Source: Sedimentisphaerales bacterium (GTDB taxonomy: Bacteria; Planctomycetota; Phycisphaerae; Sedimentisphaerales; Anaerobacaceae). Taken from it: a stretch of DNA of 64,000 bases. The stretch spans positions 1,185-65,184 of the forward strand of contig JAFGBG010000255.1 of assembly GCA_016933295.1 (NCBI GenBank), read 5' to 3'. The notes under the pieces are model-generated. The model did not search any database, had not been told where the DNA came from, and worked only from the letters and a program-made list of their open reading frames with translations. Shown piece by piece: positions 9,630 through 19,899 of this stretch (positions are counted from its first letter, which is position 1; every line of letters begins with the position of its first letter). Made by a program: the position numbers and the translations under genes.

Positions 9630-10166
9630 TTAATCTTTGCCGGATTTACTTTTTTCCATAATCAAAGCCGCATAGCTTTTTTTAATATGCGGCAAATTAC
9701 CGAGGCCCAGACTTTTTTGCACTTCTGAGATTTTTTCGTCGTCCGGCCCCTCGATTTCCACAAATTCGCCTAATTCCTTCAACTTATCCAAGGCAACTTC
9801 ACAACCTCCGAATTTCCAGAGGCGGCGTTTTTTATCAACGGACAATCTCCGTTCGTATCCGAGGGCGGCAAGAAGTTTCTCCGCCGATTCCGCATCACCA
9901 ACTTCAAATTCAATCTCCTGCCGCTTCTTGTAGTTACTTTTTTCTTTCGCGCCTTTATACGTCAAAAAAAGTCTTATAGTTTCACCAACCACCTGCCGGC
10001 GCAATCTAAGACATTTGTCAGATCCAGATAAGTTCGCACTCAAATCGTCGAAATGAATATCACTCTGGTCCTGCTCGGCCACAAATTCGGCATCAAGCTG
10101 CCGGAGTTTATTCTCTACCTCGGCCAGCGAATCAACTTTTAGTTTTGCTTCAATTTCAATAAACAT
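9630..10166 (-). CDS. CYTH-domain protein (class IV adenylate cyclase / triphosphate tunnel metalloenzyme, CyaB-like)
   Basis: It starts MFIEIEAKLKV (EXEXK), is about 180 aa long and has the alternating charged beta-strands of the tunnel fold. Confidence 0.8.
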   Translation of the reverse strand: MFIEIEAKLKVDSLAEVENKLRQLDAEFVAEQDQSDIHFDDLSANLSGSDKCLRLRRQVVGETIRLFLTYKGAKEKSNYKKRQEIEFEVGDAESAEKLLAALGYERRLSVDKKRRLWKFGGCEVALDKLKELGEFVEIEGPDDEKISEVQKSLGLGNLPHIKKSYAALIMEKSKSGKD

Positions 10167-10197
10167 CGTTTAATTACGTAATTCAAGTCAGCCTGTT

Positions 10198-10695
10198 TTA
10201 TAGAGCAGCCTTTATGGCATCCAGCCGGCCTTTGGCGCCTGCCTGCTCACCTTCAGAATCAAAAAACTTGATTAGCTGCTCGCAAGGATATTCGCTGCAA
10301 TATGCACAATTCTCAAGTTTTTTTTCGCTCGCGCATTTCCTTATTTTGCACTTCTGACAGCCGGAATACAATCTTCCTCCTTGAGCCCTGCATCCATCGC
10401 AATCAGTAATCTCTTCCAGACGTTTTTCCTCGCCGAGATATTCCTTAATGGCGATGACAATCTGCTCCCTCATTTGTCTTTGTTTGACGGCATTTTTCTC
10501 TCTCGTCGCCATGTAAATTTGGCAAGTTACACAATTTAATCCGCAATAAGCAATCATTTCCGATGCCATCTTTTCATCTTCTCTTTTTCCAGACTGGTTA
10601 TTACAACCGGTAAGCACAACGCCTCCCAGTAACATTCCTGCCGCCGTGCCTGCTCCACGAACAAGAAAGCACCTTCTGCTACATTCTATACACAT
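10198..10695 (-). CDS. DUF3795-type Cys-rich protein with a Tat-like/lipoprotein leader
   Basis: Cysteine clusters are CGLNCVTC, CDGCRAQGG, CQKCKIRKC and CAYCSEYPC. The N-terminus has SRRCFL followed by an LTGC lipobox. Confidence 0.7.
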   Translation of the reverse strand: MCIECSRRCFLVRGAGTAAGMLLGGVVLTGCNNQSGKREDEKMASEMIAYCGLNCVTCQIYMATREKNAVKQRQMREQIVIAIKEYLGEEKRLEEITDCDGCRAQGGRLYSGCQKCKIRKCASEKKLENCAYCSEYPCEQLIKFFDSEGEQAGAKGRLDAIKAAL

Positions 10696-10859
10696 TATAT
10701 TCGCTTCTCTATAAGTTCAATAATCCTTTATTTTACACGTATTTTCCGCACCGCATCAATAAAACCCGGCGATTTTATCTGCAATATCCGCTCAGCTTCG
10801 GAAAAAATATATCGGCGCATATAAGATACCTTATTTCAGATTGGAATATTCTGAATTTC

Positions 10860-13415
10860 TTAAATAACTATATTCACTAAGCGTGACTTAATAACGATAA
10901 TTTTCTTAGGCTCTTTGCCCGCCATAGCGGCAACCACCTTATCGCAGCTCAAGGCTTTTTGTTTTATCAACTCTTCGCTCGAATCCGCGGCGACTACTAT
11001 TTTATCCTTTATTTTGCCGTTGACCTGGATAGCCAGTTCGATTTCCTTTTCTTTTATTAGTTCCCTATCGTACTGAGGCCAGTTTTCATACGCCAGGCTT
11101 TCGACATGACCGAGTTTTGCCCATAGCTCTTCGGAAACATGAGGTGCAAAAGGAGATAGAATCAGGACAAGCTTCTCAACTACTTCTTTAGGTATTACCG
11201 GCAGTTTTGCAAGGTGATTGCCCAAAATCATCATCGCACTTATTGCCGTATTGAAGCCGAAACTTTCGATATCATCACCGACTTTTTTTATCGTCTGATT
11301 CAATAACCTAAGTGTAGTTTCATCCGCCGCAGCCTGTTTTATCGATTCATGAATTTCGCCGCTATCCTTATCCACAATCAGCCGCCAGAGTTTCTGCAAG
11401 AACCTATGCACTCCCTCGACTCCCTGCATACTCCACGGCTTGATGGCTTCCAACGGCCCCATGAACATTTCATAAAGCCGCATCGAATCGGCACCGTAAT
11501 CAGTAATGACCTTATCGGGATTGACAACGTTGCCGCGGGATTTGCTCATCTTCTGACCATCCTCGCCCAGAATCATTCCCTGATTAACGAGCTTTTTGAA
11601 CGGCTCTTTTGTCGTGACATATCCGAGGTCGTAGAGAAATTTATGCCAGAATCGCGAGTACAACAGGTGCAGCACGGCGTGTTCGGCACCGCCGATATAC
11701 AAATCCACCGGCATCCAGTATTTTTCCTTATCGGGGGCCCATCCCTGTTCATTATTGTCTGGGTCGAGATAGCGCAAATAGTACCAGCAACTGCCGGCCC
11801 ATTGCGGCATAGTATTCGTCTCACGTCTGGCTTTCGAGCCGTCCGGCAAAGTAATATTTACCCAATCAGTAACATTAGCCAGCGGCGGCTCACCCGTGCC
11901 CGTCGGTTTATAATCATCGACAGCAGGTAATTTTAAGGGCAAGTCTTCCTCCGAAATTCCGACGACACTGCCATCCCCGGTATGCAGGATGGGAAACGGC
12001 TCTCCCCAGTATCGCTGCCTGCTGAAAAGCCAGTCGCGCAGCTTGTAGTTGATGGCCTTTGTTCCCTGGCCTCTTTCCTGAAGCCAGTTTGTAATCTTGT
12101 CCTTGAATTCTGCCGTGCTCAGACCGTCAAACTGCCCGCTATTAATCGCCCTGCCGTCTCCGACAAAGCACAGCTTGCCCTGCCGAGCCAATTCGGATTG
12201 CTCCTTGTCCAGAGGATCGACGACCGGGATAATCGGCAGATCGAATTTTGTCGCGAACTCGAAGTCACGCTCATCGTGGGCCGGCACGGCCATAATCGCG
12301 CCGGTCCCGTAGCTGATCAGGACGTAGTCACTTATCCAGATTGGAATTTTTTCGCCGTTGACGGGATTGATGGCATAAGCACCGATAAATTCGCCGGTCT
12401 TGTCCTTAGCCAGATCGGTACGGTCCAAATCGCTTTTACGCGCCGCTTCTTCGCGATATTTCTTAACGGCATCTTTTTTATCGTTGGTCGTAAGAATATC
12501 CACAAGCCGATGCTCGGGGGCCATTACCATATATGTGGCACCGAACAATGTATCGGGACGTGTCGTGAAAACTCTTATTGTCTCATCGAAACCATCGACC
12601 TTAAAATCAACATCGGCTCCGATACTTTTTCCAATCCAGTCCTGCTGTAGTTTTTTGATAGATTCAGGCCAGTCAACCTCGTCCAAATCATCCAGCAGCC
12701 TTTCGGCGTATTTTGTAATCCTCAGCATCCACTGCCGCATCGGCTTTCTGATAACCGGATGTCCTCCCCGCTCGCTTACTCCTCCTACCACTTCCTCATT
12801 CGCCAGGACAGTCCCCAGCGCCGGACACCAGTTGACGGCAACTTCGGCTTCATAGGCGAGACGATTGTCGTCGATAAATTTTTGCCGCTGTTGTTCGTTT
12901 AGACCTTGCGGAATCGGCAATTGATCGATGGGCTTTGCTTTCTGCTCGGCGTCATCGAAGAAGCAGTTGAACATTTTCAAAAATATCCACTGTGTCCATT
13001 TATAATAATTCGGATCGGTCGTATTGACTTCCCGGTCCCAGTCGTAACTAAAACCGAGCGACTTGATTTGCTTACGTATATTATCCACGTTTTTTTTCGT
13101 AGTTTCTTCCGGAGCGGTACCGGTCTGTACGGCGTATTGTTCCGCCGGCAGACCAAAAGCGTCCCAGCCCATCGGGTGCAGAACGTTGAAGCCTTTCATC
13201 CGTTTATACCGGGCGACAATATCGCTTGCCGTATAACCTTCCGGATGACCGACGTGCAAACCCTGCCCCGAAGGATAGGGAAACATATCCAATACATAAT
13301 ATTTGGGCTTCGATTCATCACAGTCTTTGGCCTTGAACGTCCTTGATCGCTCCCAGGACTGTTGCCACTTTTTCTCAATTTCATTAAATTTGTAAAGTCC
13401 GTTCATCGAATACAT
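10860..13415 (-). CDS. leuS: Leucine--tRNA ligase
   Basis: It has the HIGH motif (HVGHPEGY), the KMSKS motif (QKMSKSRGN) and a CP1 editing-domain insert. It is 851 aa long. Confidence 0.97.
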   Translation of the reverse strand: MYSMNGLYKFNEIEKKWQQSWERSRTFKAKDCDESKPKYYVLDMFPYPSGQGLHVGHPEGYTASDIVARYKRMKGFNVLHPMGWDAFGLPAEQYAVQTGTAPEETTKKNVDNIRKQIKSLGFSYDWDREVNTTDPNYYKWTQWIFLKMFNCFFDDAEQKAKPIDQLPIPQGLNEQQRQKFIDDNRLAYEAEVAVNWCPALGTVLANEEVVGGVSERGGHPVIRKPMRQWMLRITKYAERLLDDLDEVDWPESIKKLQQDWIGKSIGADVDFKVDGFDETIRVFTTRPDTLFGATYMVMAPEHRLVDILTTNDKKDAVKKYREEAARKSDLDRTDLAKDKTGEFIGAYAINPVNGEKIPIWISDYVLISYGTGAIMAVPAHDERDFEFATKFDLPIIPVVDPLDKEQSELARQGKLCFVGDGRAINSGQFDGLSTAEFKDKITNWLQERGQGTKAINYKLRDWLFSRQRYWGEPFPILHTGDGSVVGISEEDLPLKLPAVDDYKPTGTGEPPLANVTDWVNITLPDGSKARRETNTMPQWAGSCWYYLRYLDPDNNEQGWAPDKEKYWMPVDLYIGGAEHAVLHLLYSRFWHKFLYDLGYVTTKEPFKKLVNQGMILGEDGQKMSKSRGNVVNPDKVITDYGADSMRLYEMFMGPLEAIKPWSMQGVEGVHRFLQKLWRLIVDKDSGEIHESIKQAAADETTLRLLNQTIKKVGDDIESFGFNTAISAMMILGNHLAKLPVIPKEVVEKLVLILSPFAPHVSEELWAKLGHVESLAYENWPQYDRELIKEKEIELAIQVNGKIKDKIVVAADSSEELIKQKALSCDKVVAAMAGKEPKKIIVIKSRLVNIVI

Positions 13416-13789
13416 TTATCCTTTCAGCTTCTGATTAAAAACAAAGTTGGTTTTTCGCCGCTACACAATAAACCAAATATCCGGAAAAATCCACTAAAAA
13501 TCGACTATTCTCCAATATAAGGTCATAGAAACAGAGCTTTTGAGCCGTTAATAAATGGACTCGCCGCCAAAAAAGAATGGTTAGTCAAAGGCAGATGCGA
13601 TTACTTTGCTAATTTGTCAAATTCTCTTTTCTTACATACCATCCGGACATACATGGGGCAGACCGATGTGCAAAAAAGATGAAAAACGCAACAACATATC
13701 GTATCTGTGTTTTTACAGGTTCGATTCAGAATATCAAAGTATAATGAAAACTTTCGTCACTACAACAGAAGTTCCAACCTGATATTCAC

Positions 13790-14908
13790 TTATTTCCAAT
13801 AACGAATATCATAGGGATTACTACACCGAAGCCAGCTCAGTGCCACCGTGGCAAAATCGACAATACCTATAAAGCCGTCACCGGCCAGATCCGCTTCCAA
13901 TGAAGAATCGTATATGGAAAACACTTCGTCACTGACATCATAGACACCCATATTGGCGCTATTATTAATTCGAACGATACACTGATTAGAATCGACGAGA
14001 GGCACAAGCCATTTGTAGCTGCCGGTGTTTCCGACATTAGGCGGAAAAACATTCACCCATGAATTGCCGTTGTCTATTGAAAATTCGATAAGGACACTAT
14101 CGACTATTCCCGTATAACTCCATGTAATATCATAAGTGATTCCACCCGTTAAAACCTCCGAACCGTTGGGAGACAATAAGGTCAATTCGGAAGATTCGGC
14201 GACGACTGTACGCAATCGATTCAAATCCTGCAAACCCCACTGATTGGGTGAGCCGAAAGTGCTTAAATTTATGCCGTCGTCATAGTCCGGCGAATCAGCT
14301 ACAATCGAGGCGCTCGGCTTGGCTTCAAGTCTGAATATGTCCGTATTCCCGATTCCGCTCACCGGGCTGACGCCTTCACCGGCGGGACCGAATATGACGG
14401 TATTATCTTTATTTCTTATTATAAGCTGCCAATTGTTGGAACTCACAGGAAAAGAGGAATCTTCAATATAAAGCCCGTCACCACTATCGCTCGCCTGAAC
14501 ATTTATCCACCAGTCACCCGCTGCCGGATTATAGCTGATATCGCTGGGCAGGTCTTCGGAAACGGTGATGATAGTACCGCTTCGCAAATCGGACCAAATG
14601 CTGTGGTCCGTCAAATCCAAAGTTTCATCGAGCGAACCATTATCGTAGATATCAAACTTCCATTCCCGCATATCCAGATGATCGGTAATTACCACCAATT
14701 CGAACCAGTCACCGCCATTGCCCTGAACGCGCCCAAAATAACTATCGGATGCACGGCCTCCATCAGCGTCGGCCGCGGCATTTCCGCCATTAAGAAATTC
14801 CGAACTGCTGACAGCATTATATTCGTTTAGAATAACATCAGATGCATATGTAAATCCTGAAATGAGCAGGATTGCACAAACCATTAAAAACGCATTAATC
14901 TTCCACAT
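13790..14908 (-). CDS. Secreted lamin-tail-domain (LTD) protein with an Ig-like domain and a dockerin-like C-terminal motif
   Basis: The signal peptide MWKINAFLMVCAILLISGFTYA begins at the ATG at 14908, although the ORF is open to 14989. The LTD pattern is VILNEYNA...GGDWFELVV. The C-terminal motif is DLAGDGFIGIVDFATVALSWL. Confidence 0.7.
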   Translation of the reverse strand: MWKINAFLMVCAILLISGFTYASDVILNEYNAVSSSEFLNGGNAAADADGGRASDSYFGRVQGNGGDWFELVVITDHLDMREWKFDIYDNGSLDETLDLTDHSIWSDLRSGTIITVSEDLPSDISYNPAAGDWWINVQASDSGDGLYIEDSSFPVSSNNWQLIIRNKDNTVIFGPAGEGVSPVSGIGNTDIFRLEAKPSASIVADSPDYDDGINLSTFGSPNQWGLQDLNRLRTVVAESSELTLLSPNGSEVLTGGITYDITWSYTGIVDSVLIEFSIDNGNSWVNVFPPNVGNTGSYKWLVPLVDSNQCIVRINNSANMGVYDVSDEVFSIYDSSLEADLAGDGFIGIVDFATVALSWLRCSNPYDIRYWK

Positions 14909-15061
14909 TTCCCGTATTCCTTTCTTATTAAGTATTTCATAAATCTTTCTTGTCATTTTCCGGAACGTCCTGCATTTCTTCCACACCACAAAATCGATGA
15001 ATTCCGCCGACCCGGATTGTGACTGGTCGATGTCGGATTTGGAGGACGCTGCTGAAAATGG

Positions 15062-16693
15062 TTATTCACTGACAAGTATTTCTTTCTCCATGCCTTTTTC
15101 CCACATACCGTCCGGCCGGACCTGCAATACTCCGGTATCGCGGTAAAAATTTAGCATTGCAATGGTATAATTCACTAACGCATCAGTGGCTTCATTTTGA
15201 GCATCAATCATGTCGCTTTGAGCACTGAGAACCCGGCGGCTGCTCGCTCTGGAATATTGCATCAATGTATAAGTTTTTCTATACCTTTCCTGAGCGAGTT
15301 GAAAACCCTCTTTCTGAAGTTTGTACCTTTCGGCCGCTTTTTTCAAATCACGCAAAGCCTGCCGTACTTCCATTGCAACAGTATCCGATGCCAATTCATA
15401 TTCTCGCCGGCTCTGATTCAGTGTAATCAAAGCCTTGCGATAGACGTTCTGTTCGGCCACACGATCCAGCGGCAGGTCCAGATTAATATCCAGAAGATAG
15501 TCTTCGGTAAATTGCACATTTCGACGATTACCCCGATCTCCTGCGACAACATCGGCCGAGCCTGTCAGGTTTAATTCAGCCCGCAGAGCATCGGCAGCTA
15601 CGACAACTTTTCGCCGGGCATCAATAACGCGATCTGCATAATTAATCAAATCGAGCCTACGAGATAAAGCCGTGTGTATTGATTCACCTTCATCAAAATC
15701 AGTATCAAGGGTGTCGATAGCCCTCAATGTATCAAGCTCATTCTCATCCAAACGAAACTCAGATGTGGTGGGCAAACCCAACGTTATTTTGAACTGATCA
15801 AGAGAGAGCTCGTATTCTTTCTGAGCCTGAACAAGAACATCCTGAACCTGAAGCATCTCTTGTTTAATCCTGTCAAGCTCATAAGCCGGCAAACGACCGG
15901 CATCTTTCAATTTTTCAATACGCCGGGCTAACTGAGTCAATGTATCGTAATTTGCTTCCGTCGTTTTTACAATGTCATGGAGTTTTATAACCTGATAGTA
16001 CTGAGTGATAACCGAGACCACAAATAACTGACGAAATCTGCTGAAGTTACGAATCTGATAGAGCGTATCTCTATCAGCTTGTACAAGAGGTTCCAACACA
16101 ATATTGGGGTCGCTGCCCCGCAGGAACGGTTGAGTAACAGCCGCAGACAGGATAGATGTCAGACCACTGCGCATATTGCCGGTGAGCACATCGACATAAG
16201 CCGCCGAGATTTTCGCGCTGATTATTGTGCCATAAGATAAAAGTCTATTAAAACCAAGATTCGCTTCGACTCCAGTTAATTCATCATTTCTATCGGCTCC
16301 ATAGCCCCCGCTTAATCCTCCCATATATTGGGTTTCAAACAAGTGACGCACCAATCTTAGATCCAAAGCCGAAGTATATAAAAGCTCCTTTTGAGTCTGG
16401 TAGTCTCTGTTATGAGCCGTTGCAATCGCAACCGCACGTGATAAATCGAGCCCTTCTCCGGCAGAGATTTCCTTATTAATTTGAATATCGTTGGGTAACG
16501 GAGCTACATCACTGATTTTATAATTCGCCCTGCTGCCGAATTCATCCTGCCACTTTTGGTCGATAATACGATATACTTGAGCATCCGCTTCGGCTTTATA
16601 ATCTTTTGATGTACACCCGGCAATAAAGCACAAGCTTACAAGTATGTACACTATTATATATCGGAATCCTGAATTTTTATTATTACTCGGCAT
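15062..16693 (-). CDS. TolC/NodT-family outer-membrane efflux lipoprotein
   Basis: It has the lipobox LCFIAGC and two OEP-type repeats with long coiled-coil segments. It is 543 aa long. Confidence 0.85.
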   Translation of the reverse strand: MPSNNKNSGFRYIIVYILVSLCFIAGCTSKDYKAEADAQVYRIIDQKWQDEFGSRANYKISDVAPLPNDIQINKEISAGEGLDLSRAVAIATAHNRDYQTQKELLYTSALDLRLVRHLFETQYMGGLSGGYGADRNDELTGVEANLGFNRLLSYGTIISAKISAAYVDVLTGNMRSGLTSILSAAVTQPFLRGSDPNIVLEPLVQADRDTLYQIRNFSRFRQLFVVSVITQYYQVIKLHDIVKTTEANYDTLTQLARRIEKLKDAGRLPAYELDRIKQEMLQVQDVLVQAQKEYELSLDQFKITLGLPTTSEFRLDENELDTLRAIDTLDTDFDEGESIHTALSRRLDLINYADRVIDARRKVVVAADALRAELNLTGSADVVAGDRGNRRNVQFTEDYLLDINLDLPLDRVAEQNVYRKALITLNQSRREYELASDTVAMEVRQALRDLKKAAERYKLQKEGFQLAQERYRKTYTLMQYSRASSRRVLSAQSDMIDAQNEATDALVNYTIAMLNFYRDTGVLQVRPDGMWEKGMEKEILVSE

Positions 16694-16763
16694 CTATATA
16701 TCTGTCACCTGTGATTTATAAATTATCTCATACGAGCATTTTCAGAAACATCTTTCAGAAGTA

Positions 16764-17984
16764 TTACAAAGCCCTTATCCCCACTAATTCACCAGCAATC
16801 AGCTCCAGCCCCTCAGGAATTTTTATGACTATCGGCTGACCCCACTGAGGAAAATTAGGATTTCGCCACAACTGCTCCGGCATAAGTTCAAGCGTCGGAC
16901 CAATGTATTTAACCTCACATCTTGCCTTCTGCTCCGGCGGCCTGCTCTTAAAAACTTCAACCTGCGTACGCTCATCGACCAATCCCAATTGACTTTCGCT
17001 TACATAGGCTATGATTTCGCTCGGTCTGTTTTCAGCGACAGACAAAATTGATTCGCCGGCCTGAATTACTTCGCCGGTCCGGCGAATAACGTCCTCGCCC
17101 GGCCTTCGCAATATAGCTTGATTCGCCCGACCCTGAAGCGAGATCACAACACCAGCAAATGGAGCCTTCAATTCCACTACCCGTCGTGCATTTAGTGCCT
17201 CAAGCTGTTGTACAATACCATTAACCACCTCCTCTTGAACCTTTATTTCTTTTCTTATGACTTCAAGGGCATTGTCTATAGAGGGATGTGTCAGTTGAAG
17301 TTGAGAAAAATCATCCAGTCTTTGCTTCGCTGTTACATAATCTTTCTCGACCTGAGCAAGCATCATTTCATTTTCTGAGATTTTTTTGGCCAAACTGTCA
17401 TGCTGCGCTTTTACTTTTTGTAGTTCATAAGGTACAACAGCATCTTCCTTAAGCAAAGCTTCGGTAATTTTCACATCGGATGCCAGGTCTGCCAGTAACA
17501 CACGGTCAGACGCTATTTGTGCTTTTAATGACAATATCTCAAGTCTTGACTGGTCGGCATCGATAAGAAATCTCCTCAACTCCGTAGCAAAGTTAATTTC
17601 TCGATCAGCCTTATCAGCCAGCAGAGCATCCTGTGTGGGCACCAATTGAGCCGTCAGGTGCTCTATCTCCGCCACGGCCGCATTCAACTGTGATCTCAAA
17701 TCGGCTTCTACCATGTTGTCATCATCAAGAACAGTATCGATTACAGCCAATGTTTGTCCGGCTTCAACCTGCTCGAATAAATCGACACAGACTTCTGTTA
17801 ACCTTCCTGTACTTGTAGCTGAAATCTGCCGAACTTGCCCCCTTGCCATACCCAAGACTTCAAATCGCTGTGAACGACGTGTAAAAAGGCCGATAACACA
17901 TAATACCGCTCCCAGCCAGACTATCACCGGAAATACGTGACGACGTATACGAAACGGATAACCCTTTAGATATACCCTTTTCAT
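16764..17984 (-). CDS. HlyD-family membrane fusion (periplasmic adaptor) protein
   Basis: It has an N-terminal TM helix (FPVIVWLGAVLCVIGL), a lipoyl-like segment (QVEAGQTLAVID), a long coiled coil and a C-terminal beta-barrel. Confidence 0.8.
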   Translation of the reverse strand: MKRVYLKGYPFRIRRHVFPVIVWLGAVLCVIGLFTRRSQRFEVLGMARGQVRQISATSTGRLTEVCVDLFEQVEAGQTLAVIDTVLDDDNMVEADLRSQLNAAVAEIEHLTAQLVPTQDALLADKADREINFATELRRFLIDADQSRLEILSLKAQIASDRVLLADLASDVKITEALLKEDAVVPYELQKVKAQHDSLAKKISENEMMLAQVEKDYVTAKQRLDDFSQLQLTHPSIDNALEVIRKEIKVQEEVVNGIVQQLEALNARRVVELKAPFAGVVISLQGRANQAILRRPGEDVIRRTGEVIQAGESILSVAENRPSEIIAYVSESQLGLVDERTQVEVFKSRPPEQKARCEVKYIGPTLELMPEQLWRNPNFPQWGQPIVIKIPEGLELIAGELVGIRAL

Positions 17985-17991
17985 ACGTTAC

Positions 17992-18690
17992 TCATACCTC
18001 CAGTAGCTGTTCTTGCATTGTCAGGTTGATATTTTCAAGCCCTTCAACCTTTTGCAGTTCTGACAACAACTGCTGATTCATTGCAGCATTTCGAATCATT
18101 AACTGGTAGGCATATTCTACCTCGTTCACTCCGAAACCGGTGCTTTGAGCAGAGATTAGCGTGAAACTTCCGCAAAAACGCCTGAGAATAGAGGGAACCG
18201 GACTTTCAGGTCCCATTTGGCCTTTGGAAACGAATCGCAAGAAACCGTTATGCGGCTGATGTGTGCCAAATGCGACCACATACAAATATATGATTATTAA
18301 ACAAAGAATAATAGTTCCTACAACAGCCACAGCATATCGCTGAGAACCTGAAGCCATCCCAACCACAAGCGCGCAGAAAATGAAGGCGATATCCCTTGTA
18401 TCTTTAACGATGTTACGAAAACGTATAATCGCAAGGGCGCCCATTAAACCGACCGCAGTAATGATACTCGTACCAATTACGGCCATCACCATTGCCACGA
18501 CAACAGTAATAACAATCAACGACTGGACAAAAGACCTCGAATAGGACAAACCACTATGTGTAAAATAATATACCCAGGCCAATAGCTGTCCCAAAACAAA
18601 AGCCAGCAACAGCGATAAAAGAACCGCCTCCGGCGTAAACGGCCCTGCCGTTAACGGAGTTCCTTCTAATATTTCCCATATTCTATCCAT
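17992..18690 (-). CDS. DUF4956-family integral membrane protein
   Basis: It has four predicted TM helices, the signature GLMGALAIIRFRNIVKDTRDIAFIF and a soluble C-terminal domain. Confidence 0.75.
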   Translation of the reverse strand: MDRIWEILEGTPLTAGPFTPEAVLLSLLLAFVLGQLLAWVYYFTHSGLSYSRSFVQSLIVITVVVAMVMAVIGTSIITAVGLMGALAIIRFRNIVKDTRDIAFIFCALVVGMASGSQRYAVAVVGTIILCLIIIYLYVVAFGTHQPHNGFLRFVSKGQMGPESPVPSILRRFCGSFTLISAQSTGFGVNEVEYAYQLMIRNAAMNQQLLSELQKVEGLENINLTMQEQLLEV

Positions 18691-19508
18691 TATTCATTAC
18701 CCTGCACAACAGGCGCGCAAAATCTTAATAAAAGCGAATCTTCAACCGACGAAGCATATTTTGATATTGATCTTTGCCGCAGGTTAAAATACTTGACCAT
18801 CTGGCTTAACCACGTCGGGTAATGATCGGTAAACTTTATCTCTAAAATAACTCCGCCATTTGTAAAAGGATTCCTCTGCCAACCCCCGCCGGAAAGCCTG
18901 ACATGAGGCAAATCTGTGACACAATATGACAGATCCCGGTCAAAGGTCACCCTTACCCTGTTGTGCATATTACATTCATAGGCACGCCGCATATAGCGAA
19001 TAAGAACCACCGGTTTCGCACGAATACTGTTAAGGTATAACTGAAACTGATTTATCGTATCAGTATCGGCGGTATAATTTTGCGGCGGCAGCGGAATCCC
19101 GGCAAGTATATTAGTAATATCACTGCTCATAACACGCGCACGGCTTTTGATAATAATCGTATTCATGCGGCGTTTTATCTCGAGGAAGCGGGGATAATCA
19201 GGCTCATCCGTATAGCTTCGTATTCTTAACTTAAAGCGGTTTTTGTGACCACGAAGACTTTCCTTGCAAAGCCTCAATTCATCTGAATCCAAATAAAGGC
19301 TCACAATGGGATAATCGCCGTTACGATGTAATTTTGAATACCGATCCATCTGTATATAAGGTTTGATAAACTGGGTGATACCCTCAGCCGTAGATTCACT
19401 AATATGATATTTCATTTCGTGACGGCACTTCAAGGTACGATCGGGCACATTATCCGGCATACCCGAAGAATCAGGCGTGTCATCAAACTGTTTTTTTTTA
19501 TTAAGCAT
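18690..19508 (-). CDS. VTC-domain (polyphosphate polymerase-like, CYTH-like triphosphate tunnel) protein
   Basis: Tunnel-strand motifs are HEMKY, RFKLRIRSY, FLEIKRR and ILEIKF. Its stop overlaps the DUF4956 start by 1 nt. Confidence 0.75.
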   Translation of the reverse strand: MLNKKKQFDDTPDSSGMPDNVPDRTLKCRHEMKYHISESTAEGITQFIKPYIQMDRYSKLHRNGDYPIVSLYLDSDELRLCKESLRGHKNRFKLRIRSYTDEPDYPRFLEIKRRMNTIIIKSRARVMSSDITNILAGIPLPPQNYTADTDTINQFQLYLNSIRAKPVVLIRYMRRAYECNMHNRVRVTFDRDLSYCVTDLPHVRLSGGGWQRNPFTNGGVILEIKFTDHYPTWLSQMVKYFNLRQRSISKYASSVEDSLLLRFCAPVVQGNE

Positions 19509-19815
19509 GAATGTCTAATCAGTAAAGCTACGATAAAAGTCTCAAAAAAACCAAACAAACAACAAATATAGCAAAAACAATACCCCTTCCTGTTTTATGC
19601 ACTGTTGCCCTTTGCTCCGAGCTATGGGAGTCCTACTCCATATCACAAAGGCTCAAAACGATACAACCACCCGCCCAAATGGCTTTTACGCATCCAATAG
19701 CTTATCAAAAAGCCTTAAAATATTACCTATTCTAACATATATTTAGTAAATAAGTCAATACTAAACTAATCGAGGGCCGGGATATATTTTCATGTCTCTA
19801 TTTTGCTGATTTTTC

Positions 19816-19845
19816 TTGACCAAATAAAATAATTTAGATTAAAAT
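19816..19845 (+). promoter_or_regulatory. Candidate promoter for hom
   Basis: TTGACC (19816-19821), an 18-nt spacer and TAAAAT (19840-19845) lie about 55 nt upstream of the ATG. Confidence 0.35.
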
Positions 19846-19899
19846 GCTGGATTCTATAAATTTCCTTATAAATAGTAATTCAATACTGGCGAATGTCTT

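Noticed and set aside
13718-13727. GGTTCGATTC, a T-loop-like string suggesting a tRNA upstream of leuS.
   Set aside because: The flanks contain no complementary acceptor stem, D-arm or anticodon arm. It is an isolated motif.
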